A DNA stretch of 64,000 nt from Oligoflexia bacterium (GCA_963758495.1 CAVWVI010000004.1:736001-800000); one strand, 5' to 3'; positions 30,313 through 40,540 are shown, counted from the stretch's first letter. Translations and numbers: made by a program. Notes: generated from the letters alone by a model not told the origin.

Positions 30313-31173
30313 ATGGAAATGGTTCATTTCATACCATCAAGCCAACGTCGCTTTGCTCTTTTAGCAGCACAAGCTGACTCGGCACCTGCCTTAATTTATG
30401 GCGCCAGTGGTACTGGAAAAGGAGCCATCGCGTACTGGATCCATTCAAATGGCCCCCGTGCTGCACATATCTTCCTTATGGCTAATCAAGAAAAACCCCT
30501 GGTCGGCCAGATTTTAGAAGCCCAAGGGGGAACTCTCATTATTCCAGAAATGGGTGAATGGCCTCTTTCTGAACAGAAAATTTTATTAGGATATTTAAAA
30601 ACTAAATCCGTTCCTTGTCCTGGCAACGTCCATATGCCCATGATCGCCAATGTACGAATCATCGGAACAACAAGCCAAGCCCTTGAAGGCAGAGCACAAG
30701 GTGGCCTTTTTAATATTGAATTACTCGAAAAATTGAACGTTTTTCGAATTGAGATGCCCCCTCTCTCTAAGAGAGTGGATGAATTTGACGACATTGTGAT
30801 TGGAATTATCGGGGAAATTACTAGAGAGTTACACAAAGACCATTTACGAACACTATCAACTGATGTTTGGAAGCGCCTGCGATCGTATGATTGGCCTGGG
30901 AATTTGCGTGAACTGAGAAACGTATTAAGGCTTGCTGCTGCAGCTTCAAAAGGCGATCAAATTGAACTTTCCGATTTGCCTGACTTTGGCTCTGCGCGGA
31001 TTGATTTTCGTGCAACACGCGAGCAATTTGAAAAAATTTATATCTTGGAGTTACTCAAGACTTTTAATTGGGAAATTGACAAAACGTGCAAAATGACCCG
31101 TATTGATAAAAACACCCTACTCTCCAAGATTAAACATTACGGGATTGCTGTCGAAAGACTGTCAATCTCGTAG
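30313..31173 (+). CDS. Degenerate sigma-54 activator-like AAA+/HTH protein
   Basis: GASGTGKG, ANVRIIG, YDWPGNLRELRN and C-terminal HTH; lacks the GAFTGA loop and has PE in place of the Walker B DE. Confidence 0.8.
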   Translation: MEMVHFIPSSQRRFALLAAQADSAPALIYGASGTGKGAIAYWIHSNGPRAAHIFLMANQEKPLVGQILEAQGGTLIIPEMGEWPLSEQKILLGYLKTKSVPCPGNVHMPMIANVRIIGTTSQALEGRAQGGLFNIELLEKLNVFRIEMPPLSKRVDEFDDIVIGIIGEITRELHKDHLRTLSTDVWKRLRSYDWPGNLRELRNVLRLAAAASKGDQIELSDLPDFGSARIDFRATREQFEKIYILELLKTFNWEIDKTCKMTRIDKNTLLSKIKHYGIAVERLSIS

Positions 31174-31231
31174 CCGCTTCTGGAAGCCACCCCCTATATC
31201 CCCCCAAGGCTTCCAGAAGTGGTCCTTTTTT
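31174..31231 (+). terminator. Rho-independent terminator between convergent genes
   Basis: 15-bp stem CCGCTTCTGGAAGCC/GGCTTCCAGAAGTGG followed by a T-run. Confidence 0.7.
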
Positions 31232-31256
31232 AACCTTTCAAAATTTAAATTAGAAT

Positions 31257-31775
31257 CTAAAGGAACTCCTTAGATTCTAATTTAAATCGTGGATCATACT
31301 TGCCGCTTGACAATAGATTACAACAATCTGCGCATGCAAGAACTCCCAGTTTGACATGACTTGGAAACTGCTTTCCACACGCTTTACATTGATAAAGGTA
31401 CCGATTCGCCCGTAACCGAGGTACTGGATTGTAACGACTCACTCCCATATCCCGCATTTTTGCGAGAAACTGAGAGGTATGACCATGGGGCCGCTCCCTC
31501 ACCCATAGCCAGTAATGAATCATTTCGTGAGCAAGAGTATCATAAATTAATTTCGAAGCATTTTGCTGTTGAGTCAAATAGGAAGCAATTTCGATTTTTG
31601 GAGAAAACCTGCGAAGGTCCTTTCGCTTCCCTGGTATAAATCGACCTGCACTTGAACGAAGTCGCGAGTTCCACTGAAGATCAGGCACGTCCAAAAAACC
31701 ATCAAAGTAAGCCTGATTAATTTCTGAAAAAAGAGTAATTAATAGGGTTTCAGGTATTGAAAAAGCGGGACACAT
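31257..31775 (-). CDS. SprT-like metalloprotease with Zn ribbon
   Basis: WNSRLRSSAG, TLAHEMIH, HGH..F, Y.CxxC...CxxC. Confidence 0.9.
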   Translation of the reverse strand: MCPAFSIPETLLITLFSEINQAYFDGFLDVPDLQWNSRLRSSAGRFIPGKRKDLRRFSPKIEIASYLTQQQNASKLIYDTLAHEMIHYWLWVRERPHGHTSQFLAKMRDMGVSRYNPVPRLRANRYLYQCKACGKQFPSHVKLGVLACADCCNLLSSGKYDPRFKLESKEFL

Positions 31776-31851
31776 TTAAACAGAATACCGCTTGGCTAGT
31801 CCAAAATACAGAGATATAGTTGAAAACTTTCCGGAAGGCGGTAGTGAATCA

Positions 31852-34269
31852 ATGTCCTTCACCTCAGAACCTCAAGTCATGCGAGCCCTAGAATGGGATC
31901 GATTCATTGAGCTTGCTCAAGTCGAAGTTCGTACAGAGCCCGGTAAAACTCTACTGGATCAGTTAAAAGACTCAACACATTGGGCTGCTGATATTTTAAT
32001 GGCAAGACAAATGCAGCAAGAAACCCTTGAAATCACGCCTTTACTCGAGCGTGACGCGCTTTGGGGACCTCTATTTGAACTCAGTGATCCCTCAGATTTG
32101 ATTCAACGTCTCATTCGCGGATCCGTTCTTGAAATTGTAGATATGGTCACCTTACGTCGCTGGCTCTATGCAGTAGACTCATGGGTTCAAATCCCGAGAG
32201 AGGAAATTCGTGGGGATCAATTTAAAAAGACTCTCTCTCGACTCCCAGATCCTTTAAATATTCTACGAATTCTCGAACACATTCTGACCCCCGAGGGTGA
32301 CCTTTCAGAAAAGGCATCACCCAAATTAGGCAACTTGTATTCAGAAATCAGATCACTTAAGCGTGAAATCGGCATCGTCCTGGATCATTTACTCAAGACC
32401 TTTTCTCAAAAGGGTGTACTTCAAGAAAACTTTACTGACGTTCGTGATGGTAGATACGTTCTGCCCATAAAAATTTCATCACAAGGAGAGGTGGACGGAA
32501 TTATTTATGAAGCCTCGGCCAGCCGACAAACTGTTTTTGTTGAGCCTAAAGAAGTAGCCCTCTTAAATAACCGATTAAGGCAGCGGCAAAATGATTTAAT
32601 TCAAGAAATTTATATTATTTTGGAAGCTGCGACTCAAAAACTTCGCCCTTATGCTTCCGAAATTCAACAAATGGTGGATACTCTTTCCTATTGGGATGCC
32701 GTACAGGCAAAGGCTCGTCTCGGACGTCATTATTCGGGCAAATCAATCCATGTCACTGAGGAACGCACCTTCTATTTAAAACAGACGGCCCACCCTCTCC
32801 TCTGGTGGTCTCTACCTGCGGAAACCATCATTAGAAATGAAATTGAATTTATTCACCCCGCAAGGTCTCTCCTCCTCACTGGCCCCAACACGGGTGGAAA
32901 AACTGTACTCTTAAAAACACTGGGTTTAGCGGGGATCTGCGCAAGAACGGGGTTTCCCTTTCCTGCTATGGAACTTCCTACTGTACCCTTTTTTGATGTT
33001 TTCTTTGCTGACTTAGGAGATTCACAATCGATAGAGCACCATCTCTCTAGCTTCTCGGGGCACGTCCTTAAATTTAAAAATATCCTAGAATCCCTCACAG
33101 ACCAAAGCTTGATACTCATAGATGAATTAAATTCTGCCACCGACCCAGAAGAAGGCGGGGCTCTTGGCAGAGCGATACTTGAAACCATCATGGCTCGAAA
33201 CGCTATGATTGTGACAACCACTCACGATCCCCACCTCAAAGCCTTAGCTGTATCTGATCCCCGAATCCTGAATGCCAGCATGGCTTTTGACGAATCCAGT
33301 CGAACTCCCACTTATAAAGTGGTTGTTGGAATTCCGGGCCGCTCGCGTGCGTTGGAAACTGCCGAACGACTGGGGCTCTCTAAAGAGGTCATTGAATTAG
33401 CTAAAAAGTATATCAGCAAAGAACACTCCGAATTTGAAAAGCTATTAGCGCAGTTGGAATCTGATATTCATCAAACCACGCGTGCTCGAAAAGAAGCGTT
33501 TTCTCTTCGTGAAGAGGCAGAACGCATGAAAAAGGAGTGGACAGAAAAAACTGAAACATCTGTTCGCGATATGATGGAGCGGACTCGACAAAAGCTGAAA
33601 CGAATTCTTGAACAAGCGCAAGATGAAGTGCGATCTTCGGTCCGCAAGTTAGATGAGGTCAAAAGCCGAAAGGAAATTGACACGACTCGTTCTCACCTCA
33701 ACGAGACATTTCACCATTCAGCAAATAAGCTTGAAACAGCACTTCAAGAGGAAGCTCCTGAAATCTCTCAGGCGCTTAATTTACAGAAACTGTCCAAAAA
33801 TGTAAGTTCTCCAGCTCCGGCTAAACTGGAAGTAGGAGGAAGTGTCAGAATTCCGAAATGGAAAAGTATCGGCACCGTACTAGAAATTACCGGTACCAAA
33901 ATCAAAGTCTCAGCTGGCACAATTCAGCTCACCCTTTCATCGGATGAAGTTGAACCTATGACCTCTACAGCCCCTAAAACGCCCCTAACAAAAGCCAAAG
34001 TAAGTGGAGTAGATAGCCACCTCCCTCCACCTGAAATTGATCTACGTGGAATCCGATTTGATGAAGCGATGGGCACTTTAGAACGCTATTTAGACCAAGC
34101 GTTTAGAAGTAGAAACTATTTAGAAGTCACTATTATTCATGGACTAGGAACAGGCGCACTCAGAGAAGGAACACATAAACTCCTCAAACGGCTCCCTTAT
34201 ATTAAAACTTTTCGCGATGGAGGGGCAGGGCACGGGGGCACGGGGGCCACGGTCGTTGAATTTGAATAA
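31852..34269 (+). CDS. mutS2: MutS2 (RqcU-type) ATPase with KOW and Smr domains; ORF open from 31792
   Basis: RDGRYVLP, SRQTVFVEP, TGPNTGGKT, QSIE..LSSFSGH, IDEL..ATDPEEG, EIDLRG, IIHGLGTGAL. Confidence 0.95.
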   Translation: MSFTSEPQVMRALEWDRFIELAQVEVRTEPGKTLLDQLKDSTHWAADILMARQMQQETLEITPLLERDALWGPLFELSDPSDLIQRLIRGSVLEIVDMVTLRRWLYAVDSWVQIPREEIRGDQFKKTLSRLPDPLNILRILEHILTPEGDLSEKASPKLGNLYSEIRSLKREIGIVLDHLLKTFSQKGVLQENFTDVRDGRYVLPIKISSQGEVDGIIYEASASRQTVFVEPKEVALLNNRLRQRQNDLIQEIYIILEAATQKLRPYASEIQQMVDTLSYWDAVQAKARLGRHYSGKSIHVTEERTFYLKQTAHPLLWWSLPAETIIRNEIEFIHPARSLLLTGPNTGGKTVLLKTLGLAGICARTGFPFPAMELPTVPFFDVFFADLGDSQSIEHHLSSFSGHVLKFKNILESLTDQSLILIDELNSATDPEEGGALGRAILETIMARNAMIVTTTHDPHLKALAVSDPRILNASMAFDESSRTPTYKVVVGIPGRSRALETAERLGLSKEVIELAKKYISKEHSEFEKLLAQLESDIHQTTRARKEAFSLREEAERMKKEWTEKTETSVRDMMERTRQKLKRILEQAQDEVRSSVRKLDEVKSRKEIDTTRSHLNETFHHSANKLETALQEEAPEISQALNLQKLSKNVSSPAPAKLEVGGSVRIPKWKSIGTVLEITGTKIKVSAGTIQLTLSSDEVEPMTSTAPKTPLTKAKVSGVDSHLPPPEIDLRGIRFDEAMGTLERYLDQAFRSRNYLEVTIIHGLGTGALREGTHKLLKRLPYIKTFRDGGAGHGGTGATVVEFE

Positions 34270-34313
34270 GGATTGACCGTAAAGGACTGCTTACCCATGA
34301 CCTCTCGTTACAG

Positions 34314-35069
34314 TCAAAACCCGATTAACATAAATGCTAACCACAAAATAAATCCAGAAATAATAGGTATAGTGAAATTATCGTCCACATCTACCGGCAT
34401 TAATTCAGCCATCCCTCCGGCTAATCCACCCACTAAGGAGAGCGTCAGAATCGTGCTACTAGAAACAGAAAGCGTATTGAGATAAATAAACGTCACTAAA
34501 GAACAAACAAATACTCCAGCGAATGTACCAATCAGGGTTTTACCATTTGCAAGACGAGGTCCTCGATGTCCGTACATAATACCAGCGAGAGATGCCATAG
34601 GATCTCCACACGCGAGATACAAGATACTTAAAATTGCAACAGGCCTTGGAAAAATAGCAATGGCTAAAATAACGGAGGCTAAGTAATGAGGCACTGTACT
34701 CATCTGGTTGAGTTCGTGAGCACGCATAAAGGGTGCCCAGAATCGTAAAAACTTTTCATTAAAAGAATCACTTCGTAAGCGAGAACTCTCCAAGAGCAGA
34801 TCAAGTCCAAGACAAATGCCCAAGATCAGCACACTTGAACTTCTAGAAAGCCCTGACATGTAAATGAAAGCAATGACTAACCCCATGATCATGTGCCAGG
34901 CTTTCCTAGCTAAGTGAAGATCATTCCTAATATGGAGCCGGATTGGAAACTCACCCAAATAATGACCTTCTTTTGCATCTGCCATTCGCTTCATAATGAC
35001 GCCTCTTAAACTAAATGAGTTCATTAAACTAACCTCACGAGCTACTGTGGATTTTTCACAAGGACCCAA
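34314..35069 (-). CDS. CTP-dependent polyprenol/diacylglycerol kinase family (dolichol/phytol kinase-like); start uncertain
   Basis: RKAWH, GDPMASLAG, KTLIG, DDNFTIP, multiple TM helices. Confidence 0.85.
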   Translation of the reverse strand: MGPCEKSTVAREVSLMNSFSLRGVIMKRMADAKEGHYLGEFPIRLHIRNDLHLARKAWHMIMGLVIAFIYMSGLSRSSSVLILGICLGLDLLLESSRLRSDSFNEKFLRFWAPFMRAHELNQMSTVPHYLASVILAIAIFPRPVAILSILYLACGDPMASLAGIMYGHRGPRLANGKTLIGTFAGVFVCSLVTFIYLNTLSVSSSTILTLSLVGGLAGGMAELMPVDVDDNFTIPIISGFILWLAFMLIGF

Positions 35070-35452
35070 AATAGTAGCCGTAGAGTAATTGATACAGAAG
35101 CAACCTCAGTGCCAGAAAAGCCGACTAGTATGCTATTTTGCAATGTTTTTGTGTTATATTTTCATTAGCAATTTCTTAAGGTTACGTTAGCCATTTAAAA
35201 CGGACCCCATCTACAAGCCATTAATTGACATTTACAATCAACATCTTGGGTAGGTATTTACGCATTTCACCCAAAAACCGCGTAAAATTCTACGCACATT
35301 TGCTGTTTCAGGACCCTATTCACATCCTATCCCCTATAGATCCTTCCAGCACACTTCTAGCTTGACACATGAGTCCGGGGGCTCAATCCTATTAATAGAG
35401 AGTCGTGTGCAATACTTGACCGCGGAGCTGGTCAGAAAGAAATGGACGATCC

Positions 35453-36436
35453 ATGGAAGGAAGCGTCGAGTTTTCAAATTTAGCACAATCCACTTCCTTT
35501 TCCTCATCCTCCAGCCGTATCAAACAGATTTGGTCTATAGGTGGTGGCAAAGGTGGCGTAGGTAAGAGCCTAATTGCCTCCAGTCTAGCGATTGCACTCA
35601 CTAAAATGGGCAATAAAGTGATTGCCGTGGATCTCGATTTGGGAGGGGCTAATCTTCACACTACCCTCGGGGTTGATTTACCTAAACAAACTCTCAGTGA
35701 TTATTTGAATCAACGAGTGCCCACCCTGGCTGACTGTATTACTTCAACAGGAATACAGAAATTAGATTTGATCAGTGGTGCTCAAGATGCGGTTGGAATT
35801 ACAAACATACGTCCTCTTCAAAAGTCAGAACTTTTAAAAAGCTTGCGCCTCCTGGATGCAGATTACCTTATATTGGATTTAGGGGCAGGTACGAGTTTTA
35901 ATACCCTCGATTTTTTTCTTTTCAGCGATATAGGAATGATTACTATCCTGCCTGAACCTACTTCAATTGAAAATGCCTACCGTTTTATCAAAAGCGCCTA
36001 TTATCGATATTTGATGGAGTGCCCACCTCTTGAGGACATTCATACCCTGATCAAAATGGCGATGGACCCAAAAAATAATATCGGAATCAAATCCCCTGCT
36101 GACTTATTTAAAGAAGTAAATAAAGCTAATCCTGAAATGGGAATGAGATTAAAAAAAGAAATTCAAAATTTCAAACCTCATCTCATTGTAAATCAAGCAC
36201 GTACCCACACTGACATAGAAATTGGTTCATCCATAAAAACCGTTTGCAAAAGATACTTTGGAATTGAAATGGAATATATAGGATATTTAGATTATGACAG
36301 TGCCGTCTGGCAAGCTGTTCGCAGAAAAAGACCCCTGATGTTAGAGTTTCCAAACTCCAAACTCGTCTCATGCATCGAACAAATCACTCAGAACATTATC
36401 AAACACCATGGCTTCAAAAACTACAGCACGTTTTAG
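35453..36436 (+). CDS. MinD/FlhG-family P-loop ATPase
   Basis: GGGKGGVGKS, DLDLGGANLH, ILDLGAG, PEPTSIENAY. Confidence 0.9.
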   Translation: MEGSVEFSNLAQSTSFSSSSSRIKQIWSIGGGKGGVGKSLIASSLAIALTKMGNKVIAVDLDLGGANLHTTLGVDLPKQTLSDYLNQRVPTLADCITSTGIQKLDLISGAQDAVGITNIRPLQKSELLKSLRLLDADYLILDLGAGTSFNTLDFFLFSDIGMITILPEPTSIENAYRFIKSAYYRYLMECPPLEDIHTLIKMAMDPKNNIGIKSPADLFKEVNKANPEMGMRLKKEIQNFKPHLIVNQARTHTDIEIGSSIKTVCKRYFGIEMEYIGYLDYDSAVWQAVRRKRPLMLEFPNSKLVSCIEQITQNIIKHHGFKNYSTF

Positions 36437-36451
36437 AATAGGTGGGTCAAG

Positions 36452-37150
36452 TTGAAGGAAAATTTATCGCTTTACGATATTTTAGAAATCACCCCCAATG
36501 CATCACTCCAAGAAATTCGAGAAGCCTATCTCCGAATCAAAGCTGCCTATAGCCGGAATAATATTGCTCTCTACACAATTCTGAGCGCAGAAGAGGGAGA
36601 ACAGGCTCTCAAAAAACTTGAAGAAGCCTATACTATTTTGACTGATGAAACGAAACGAAGGCTGTATGATCAAACCTATAATTCTCATATGCATATGGAC
36701 ACACTCGTCGAAGAAAACGTAATCTCGATTGACCGAGTTCCCCCAATGGAAACTCTTCCCCATGGAGAAGAGCTCCTGATCCCTCCAGTTACTGACTTTG
36801 GTCATACAAAAGATTTAAGCCAAGCTAAACCTCCTTTAACATCTCCCCCTCCTTTTTCACCTCAAACCGATCCCGTTCTTCGAGAGATCATTGAATCGGA
36901 AACGGAGTGGTCAGGACAGTTTTTAAAAAAGGTAAGAAATGCCCTACAAATTTCAATCGAAGAGCTGTCGACCTCTACAAAAATTCAGAAATCTTATTTG
37001 ATCGCTATCGAAGAAGAAAACTATTCTAAATTACCTGCGAGCGTCTTTGTTCGAGGGTTCGTGATTCAATTCGCTAAAGCTTTAAAATTACCTCATGAAA
37101 AGGTGGCTATCGCTTACCTCTCACGGTACCATCGCGTCCGAACGGAGTAG
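36452..37150 (+). CDS. J-domain-like plus RodZ-type HTH protein
   Basis: YDILEI..AS..EI..AY and EAY.IL.D..KR..YD (no HPD); C-terminal LKKVR...SIEE...TKI..YL.AIE....LP...FVRGF. Confidence 0.8.
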   Translation: MKENLSLYDILEITPNASLQEIREAYLRIKAAYSRNNIALYTILSAEEGEQALKKLEEAYTILTDETKRRLYDQTYNSHMHMDTLVEENVISIDRVPPMETLPHGEELLIPPVTDFGHTKDLSQAKPPLTSPPPFSPQTDPVLREIIESETEWSGQFLKKVRNALQISIEELSTSTKIQKSYLIAIEEENYSKLPASVFVRGFVIQFAKALKLPHEKVAIAYLSRYHRVRTE

Positions 37151-37156
37151 AAAATA

Positions 37157-38218
37157 GTGACTGATCGCCCTCCTTTTAAACCGGTTATTAAACCAGTTAT
37201 TAAACCGATCATTTGGACTTGGAAAGTTCAAATGACCTCTGAACGAGCGGATATTGCGCTCTTGAAAGCCTTGGAATCCCCTTCCGTCGAAGCTCCCCCT
37301 TCGCTACTGAGCCGAAGCCAACTCAAAAGGCTCATGGATGAGGGACGAGTGACTTCCGATGGAATTGGACTCAAGGCGAACAGCAAGCTCAAATCTGGAG
37401 CGGTGGTGAAGATCGAATTTCCACCCCCTCAAACTATGGAGATTGTTCCAGAAAATCGTCCTATTGATATTCTTTATGAAGATGAACATCTTGTAGTCAT
37501 CAATAAACCCCCTGGACTCACCGTGCATCCCTCTACAACACAGATGGAAGGAACTCTCGTTCATGCACTCTTACACCATATTCAAGACTTGAGTGGGATT
37601 GGTGGAGTCTTAAGACCTGGAATTGTTCACCGTATTGATAAAAATACAAGTGGAGCATTGGTGATTACCAAGAACGATCTGACCCACCGAAAACTGGCAG
37701 AGACTTTTTCTAAACACGATATTGAACGCTGCTACTGGGCCATTTGCTATGGGACTCCTGTCACTCAAGCAAAAGAACCTCTCACTAAAATAGAAAGCCT
37801 CATTGACCGAAATCCAAATGATCGCAAAAAAATGTCCATGAAAGTACAAACAGGTAAGCGAGCTGTCACCTATTTTAAAAAACTGGCAGAATACGCTCAA
37901 CCTCGCGCAAAACCATTTGCATCTTGGCTCGAAGTGACACTAGAAACAGGCCGAACCCATCAAGTCCGCGTTCATCTCACAGGTATAGGACATTCCCTAT
38001 TGGGAGACCCTGTCTATGGTACCCCCACAGAACGTCAACCCAAATGGCTAGCCCTCCCAGATCCAGTGAAATCAGCGGTCAAAAAACTTCCCGGCCAAGC
38101 TCTTCACGCACGCGTCCTCGGTTTCATCCACCCGATTACTGGTCTCCCCCTTCGCTTTGAAGCCAAACCTCCTGAGGCTTTTGAAAACCTTCTTGAACAG
38201 CTCTCTCACTACGGGTGA
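37157..38218 (+). CDS. rluD: RluD-like pseudouridine synthase
   Basis: S4 domain, INKPPGLTVHP, RPGIVHRIDKNTSG, ETGRTHQVRVH, QALHA. Confidence 0.9.
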   Translation: MTDRPPFKPVIKPVIKPIIWTWKVQMTSERADIALLKALESPSVEAPPSLLSRSQLKRLMDEGRVTSDGIGLKANSKLKSGAVVKIEFPPPQTMEIVPENRPIDILYEDEHLVVINKPPGLTVHPSTTQMEGTLVHALLHHIQDLSGIGGVLRPGIVHRIDKNTSGALVITKNDLTHRKLAETFSKHDIERCYWAICYGTPVTQAKEPLTKIESLIDRNPNDRKKMSMKVQTGKRAVTYFKKLAEYAQPRAKPFASWLEVTLETGRTHQVRVHLTGIGHSLLGDPVYGTPTERQPKWLALPDPVKSAVKKLPGQALHARVLGFIHPITGLPLRFEAKPPEAFENLLEQLSHYG

Positions 38219-38221
38219 CTG

Positions 38222-38416
38222 ATGAACCTGATAATTCGTGAGGCAACCATCGGAGAGTTCCTTCTCACATGGAGAACTTCTGAAGAAATGACCCTGAAGG
38301 ATTTTGGTAAAAAAATTGGAATGTCTGTGGCTCATCTTTGCGATATTGAGAAAGGTCGTAAAGGAGTAAGTCCAGAAAAAGCAGTGTTTATTGGTGACTG
38401 CAGCTTAATGGCGTAG
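38222..38416 (+). pseudogene. Truncated Xre-HTH antitoxin (HigA-like)
   Basis: EMTLKDFGKKIGMSVAHLCDIEKGRKGVSPEKA HTH with abrupt ends; a homologous fragment occurs at 54720-54807. Confidence 0.65.
38244..38332 (+). repeat. Direct repeat copy 1 (about 89 bp)
   Basis: About 8 differences from 54720-54807 by eye alignment. Confidence 0.85.
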
Positions 38417-38422
38417 ACCAAC

Positions 38423-38758
38423 TCATGATGCCATTAGCTTCTTAATAATACCCTGATCTTTTAAGAATACTTCAAGCAGTCTTGATGCAGCTCCAGAAGG
38501 AGTTTTCTGGCCCTGTTCCCAAGCACGAACCGTAGGGGGCTTTACATTTAAGGGTGCGGCAAACTGCGGCTGACTCATATGGTAAGTTTCAGTGCGAAGT
38601 TTTTTCACCTTCTTAGAACTCCACTTAGGAATCACTCGGTAGCCACCTCTCTTGCCCTTCCCACGCGAAGGATCAGAAATTCTCACCTTCCTAACTCCCC
38701 CTCCTCCAGGACTATAAGACAATTTACACCGAAGGCTAACACACTGACGAAAAAACAA
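38423..38758 (-). pseudogene. Fused remnant of a RelE/HigB toxin and an HTH antitoxin
   Basis: GGVRKVRI....KGKRGGYRVI (toxin motif) runs directly into VKKLR....SQPQFA..LNV...TVRAWEQG..P.GAA.RLL (antitoxin HTH). Confidence 0.75.
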
Positions 38759-38917
38759 ACTTTATTAATCAATCGTAAAGTCCTTTTACACCAATAACCG
38801 GCCTCAGGACTTATTTTTCCTTAAAAAGTGTCGATTTATTTTTAAAATATTTAAACTTTTTAAATTTAAATATTTGAAATCAATCAGAAATTCCTTCGTA
38901 AGATTATTTATTTATAT

Positions 38918-38934
38918 TTGGTGCATATAATGCA
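38918..38934 (+). promoter_or_regulatory. Candidate sigma-54 promoter for the toxin operon
   Basis: TTGGTGCATATAATGCA with GG-N10-GC spacing, about 70 bp upstream of ATG 39006 in AT-rich DNA. Confidence 0.45.
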
Positions 38935-39005
38935 TATTACATTGTGCGTAATGCATTCGGTATTTGGATCGAATTTAAATTTTTTAATAAATTAGGTATA
39001 ATTAT

Positions 39006-39839
39006 ATGAAAACAAAGTCTTTTGCCTTTCTTCTTTTGCTGGTAGCACAATCAGCGTTTGCTGTTGTCAGTGACGAGCAATTCAATGAGTTGTTGAATCG
39101 AGTAGAAGCGAATGAAGCTCAATTAAATAAAAGTTTTCAAGGAATATCCGCCAGAATGCATACCATTCGCGCAGAGAATAAAAATATTATTCCTATCGGA
39201 TCAATTTTGCCTTTTATTGGTGCTCATGCTTTACCAGATGGGTATTTGCCGTGTAACGGAGAGTGGAAAAAAACGGCAGATTACCCTGAATTAGAGCGAA
39301 TGCTTCCAAGCAATCTGAGTACGGATGAAGAGAAAAAAGCTAAGCCAGGTGAGTTCAAACTTCCAGATTATCGCGGTCGCACATTGATCGGGGAAAAGAA
39401 AAATACCTCAAAAGAATCTTGCGTCCTAGGCTCGTGTCAAGGAAGCGAAACAGCAAGACTCGAGACCTCGAACTTACCTGAGCACAAACACAATGGAACT
39501 ACTAGTGAAAGTGGATCTCATAGTCATAATGCAAGCACTGGAGAAGCAGGTGAGCATACTCATACAGCCTCTGCACGACGTGCATTTCAAGAGGCTGATG
39601 GAGGTCGTGGTTTTGCAGGATGGGGTTACGATTCAAATCACGGAAATGCACAAAGGGGCAGAGAGGAAATAGATGTAATAAGAGCTGGTAATCATACTCA
39701 CAGCGTCTCTATTGCTCCTTCTGGAATTCACACTCATGAGTTTACTACCACAATAACAAATCCAGGAGGTAAAACCGCTGAACCTTTTTTTGTGTTGAAT
39801 CCTTCTGCAACTGTTAGATTTATGGTTAAGGCTAGGTAG
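39006..39839 (+). CDS. Sec-exported phage tail-collar / tail-fibre-tip protein
   Basis: Signal ...AQSAFA; coiled coil; collar motifs PIGSILPF, PDGYLPCNG, DYPEL, FKLPDYRGR; five HxH motifs; C-terminal NP....FMVKA. Confidence 0.85.
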   Translation: MKTKSFAFLLLLVAQSAFAVVSDEQFNELLNRVEANEAQLNKSFQGISARMHTIRAENKNIIPIGSILPFIGAHALPDGYLPCNGEWKKTADYPELERMLPSNLSTDEEKKAKPGEFKLPDYRGRTLIGEKKNTSKESCVLGSCQGSETARLETSNLPEHKHNGTTSESGSHSHNASTGEAGEHTHTASARRAFQEADGGRGFAGWGYDSNHGNAQRGREEIDVIRAGNHTHSVSIAPSGIHTHEFTTTITNPGGKTAEPFFVLNPSATVRFMVKAR

Positions 39840-39844
39840 ATCCT

Positions 39845-40540
39845 ATGTTTTTTTCTCAATTAGGAATTCCTACATTATTTGCAGGATTAGGTCTTTTATT
39901 TATAGCTAACACATCATTTGCCACTGAATCCATTGGAACTTGGCCACAATCAATAAGACCTATTGAGGTAACTTTTGGACCTGATCACTTCCTTGGATTT
40001 GCGGATATTGAAGGAGTCCAAGTGCCTCAGACAGAACTTGAAAGTCCAGACCAATTTCATTGGTTGAATCCCAATCCGAATTGGAGAGACTCGGTACAGT
40101 GCGGAGAGCCTACTCGTGGACATGGATATATTCATACCTTATCTACCCTATTGGGTGATGAGAAGACAGTGAAAATAGGTATTCCAATTAAGTTTAAATA
40201 TGAGACAAAATTAAATGGAATTAGAAAACAGCGTCTCTTAGTTGCGCCACTTTTGTCTATAACCACTTATCAAATGAATGCTGACAATTACTTACTGACT
40301 CCTCTGAGTGAAGAAGTGATCTCTATGGAATCGCTCCAACAGCAACAAGGAATTCAAAAAACAGATTTAGAATCTGCACTGAACCTTAACTTTGATTCAG
40401 TTCTACTGAGTCGTCCAGTTGTCGTTCCGGCTCATGCTCATGTACAAATTCGTATTAATTGGAATTTCGATTTCTTATGCGGAGAAAAACACTCGTTATT
40501 TCAAATAGGCGATCAAATTAACCTGATCAGTGTTCTTTAA
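39845..40540 (+). CDS. Secreted hypothetical protein
   Basis: Signal peptide ending TSFA; beta-rich composition; 5 bp from the upstream stop. Confidence 0.75.
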   Translation: MFFSQLGIPTLFAGLGLLFIANTSFATESIGTWPQSIRPIEVTFGPDHFLGFADIEGVQVPQTELESPDQFHWLNPNPNWRDSVQCGEPTRGHGYIHTLSTLLGDEKTVKIGIPIKFKYETKLNGIRKQRLLVAPLLSITTYQMNADNYLLTPLSEEVISMESLQQQQGIQKTDLESALNLNFDSVLLSRPVVVPAHAHVQIRINWNFDFLCGEKHSLFQIGDQINLISVL

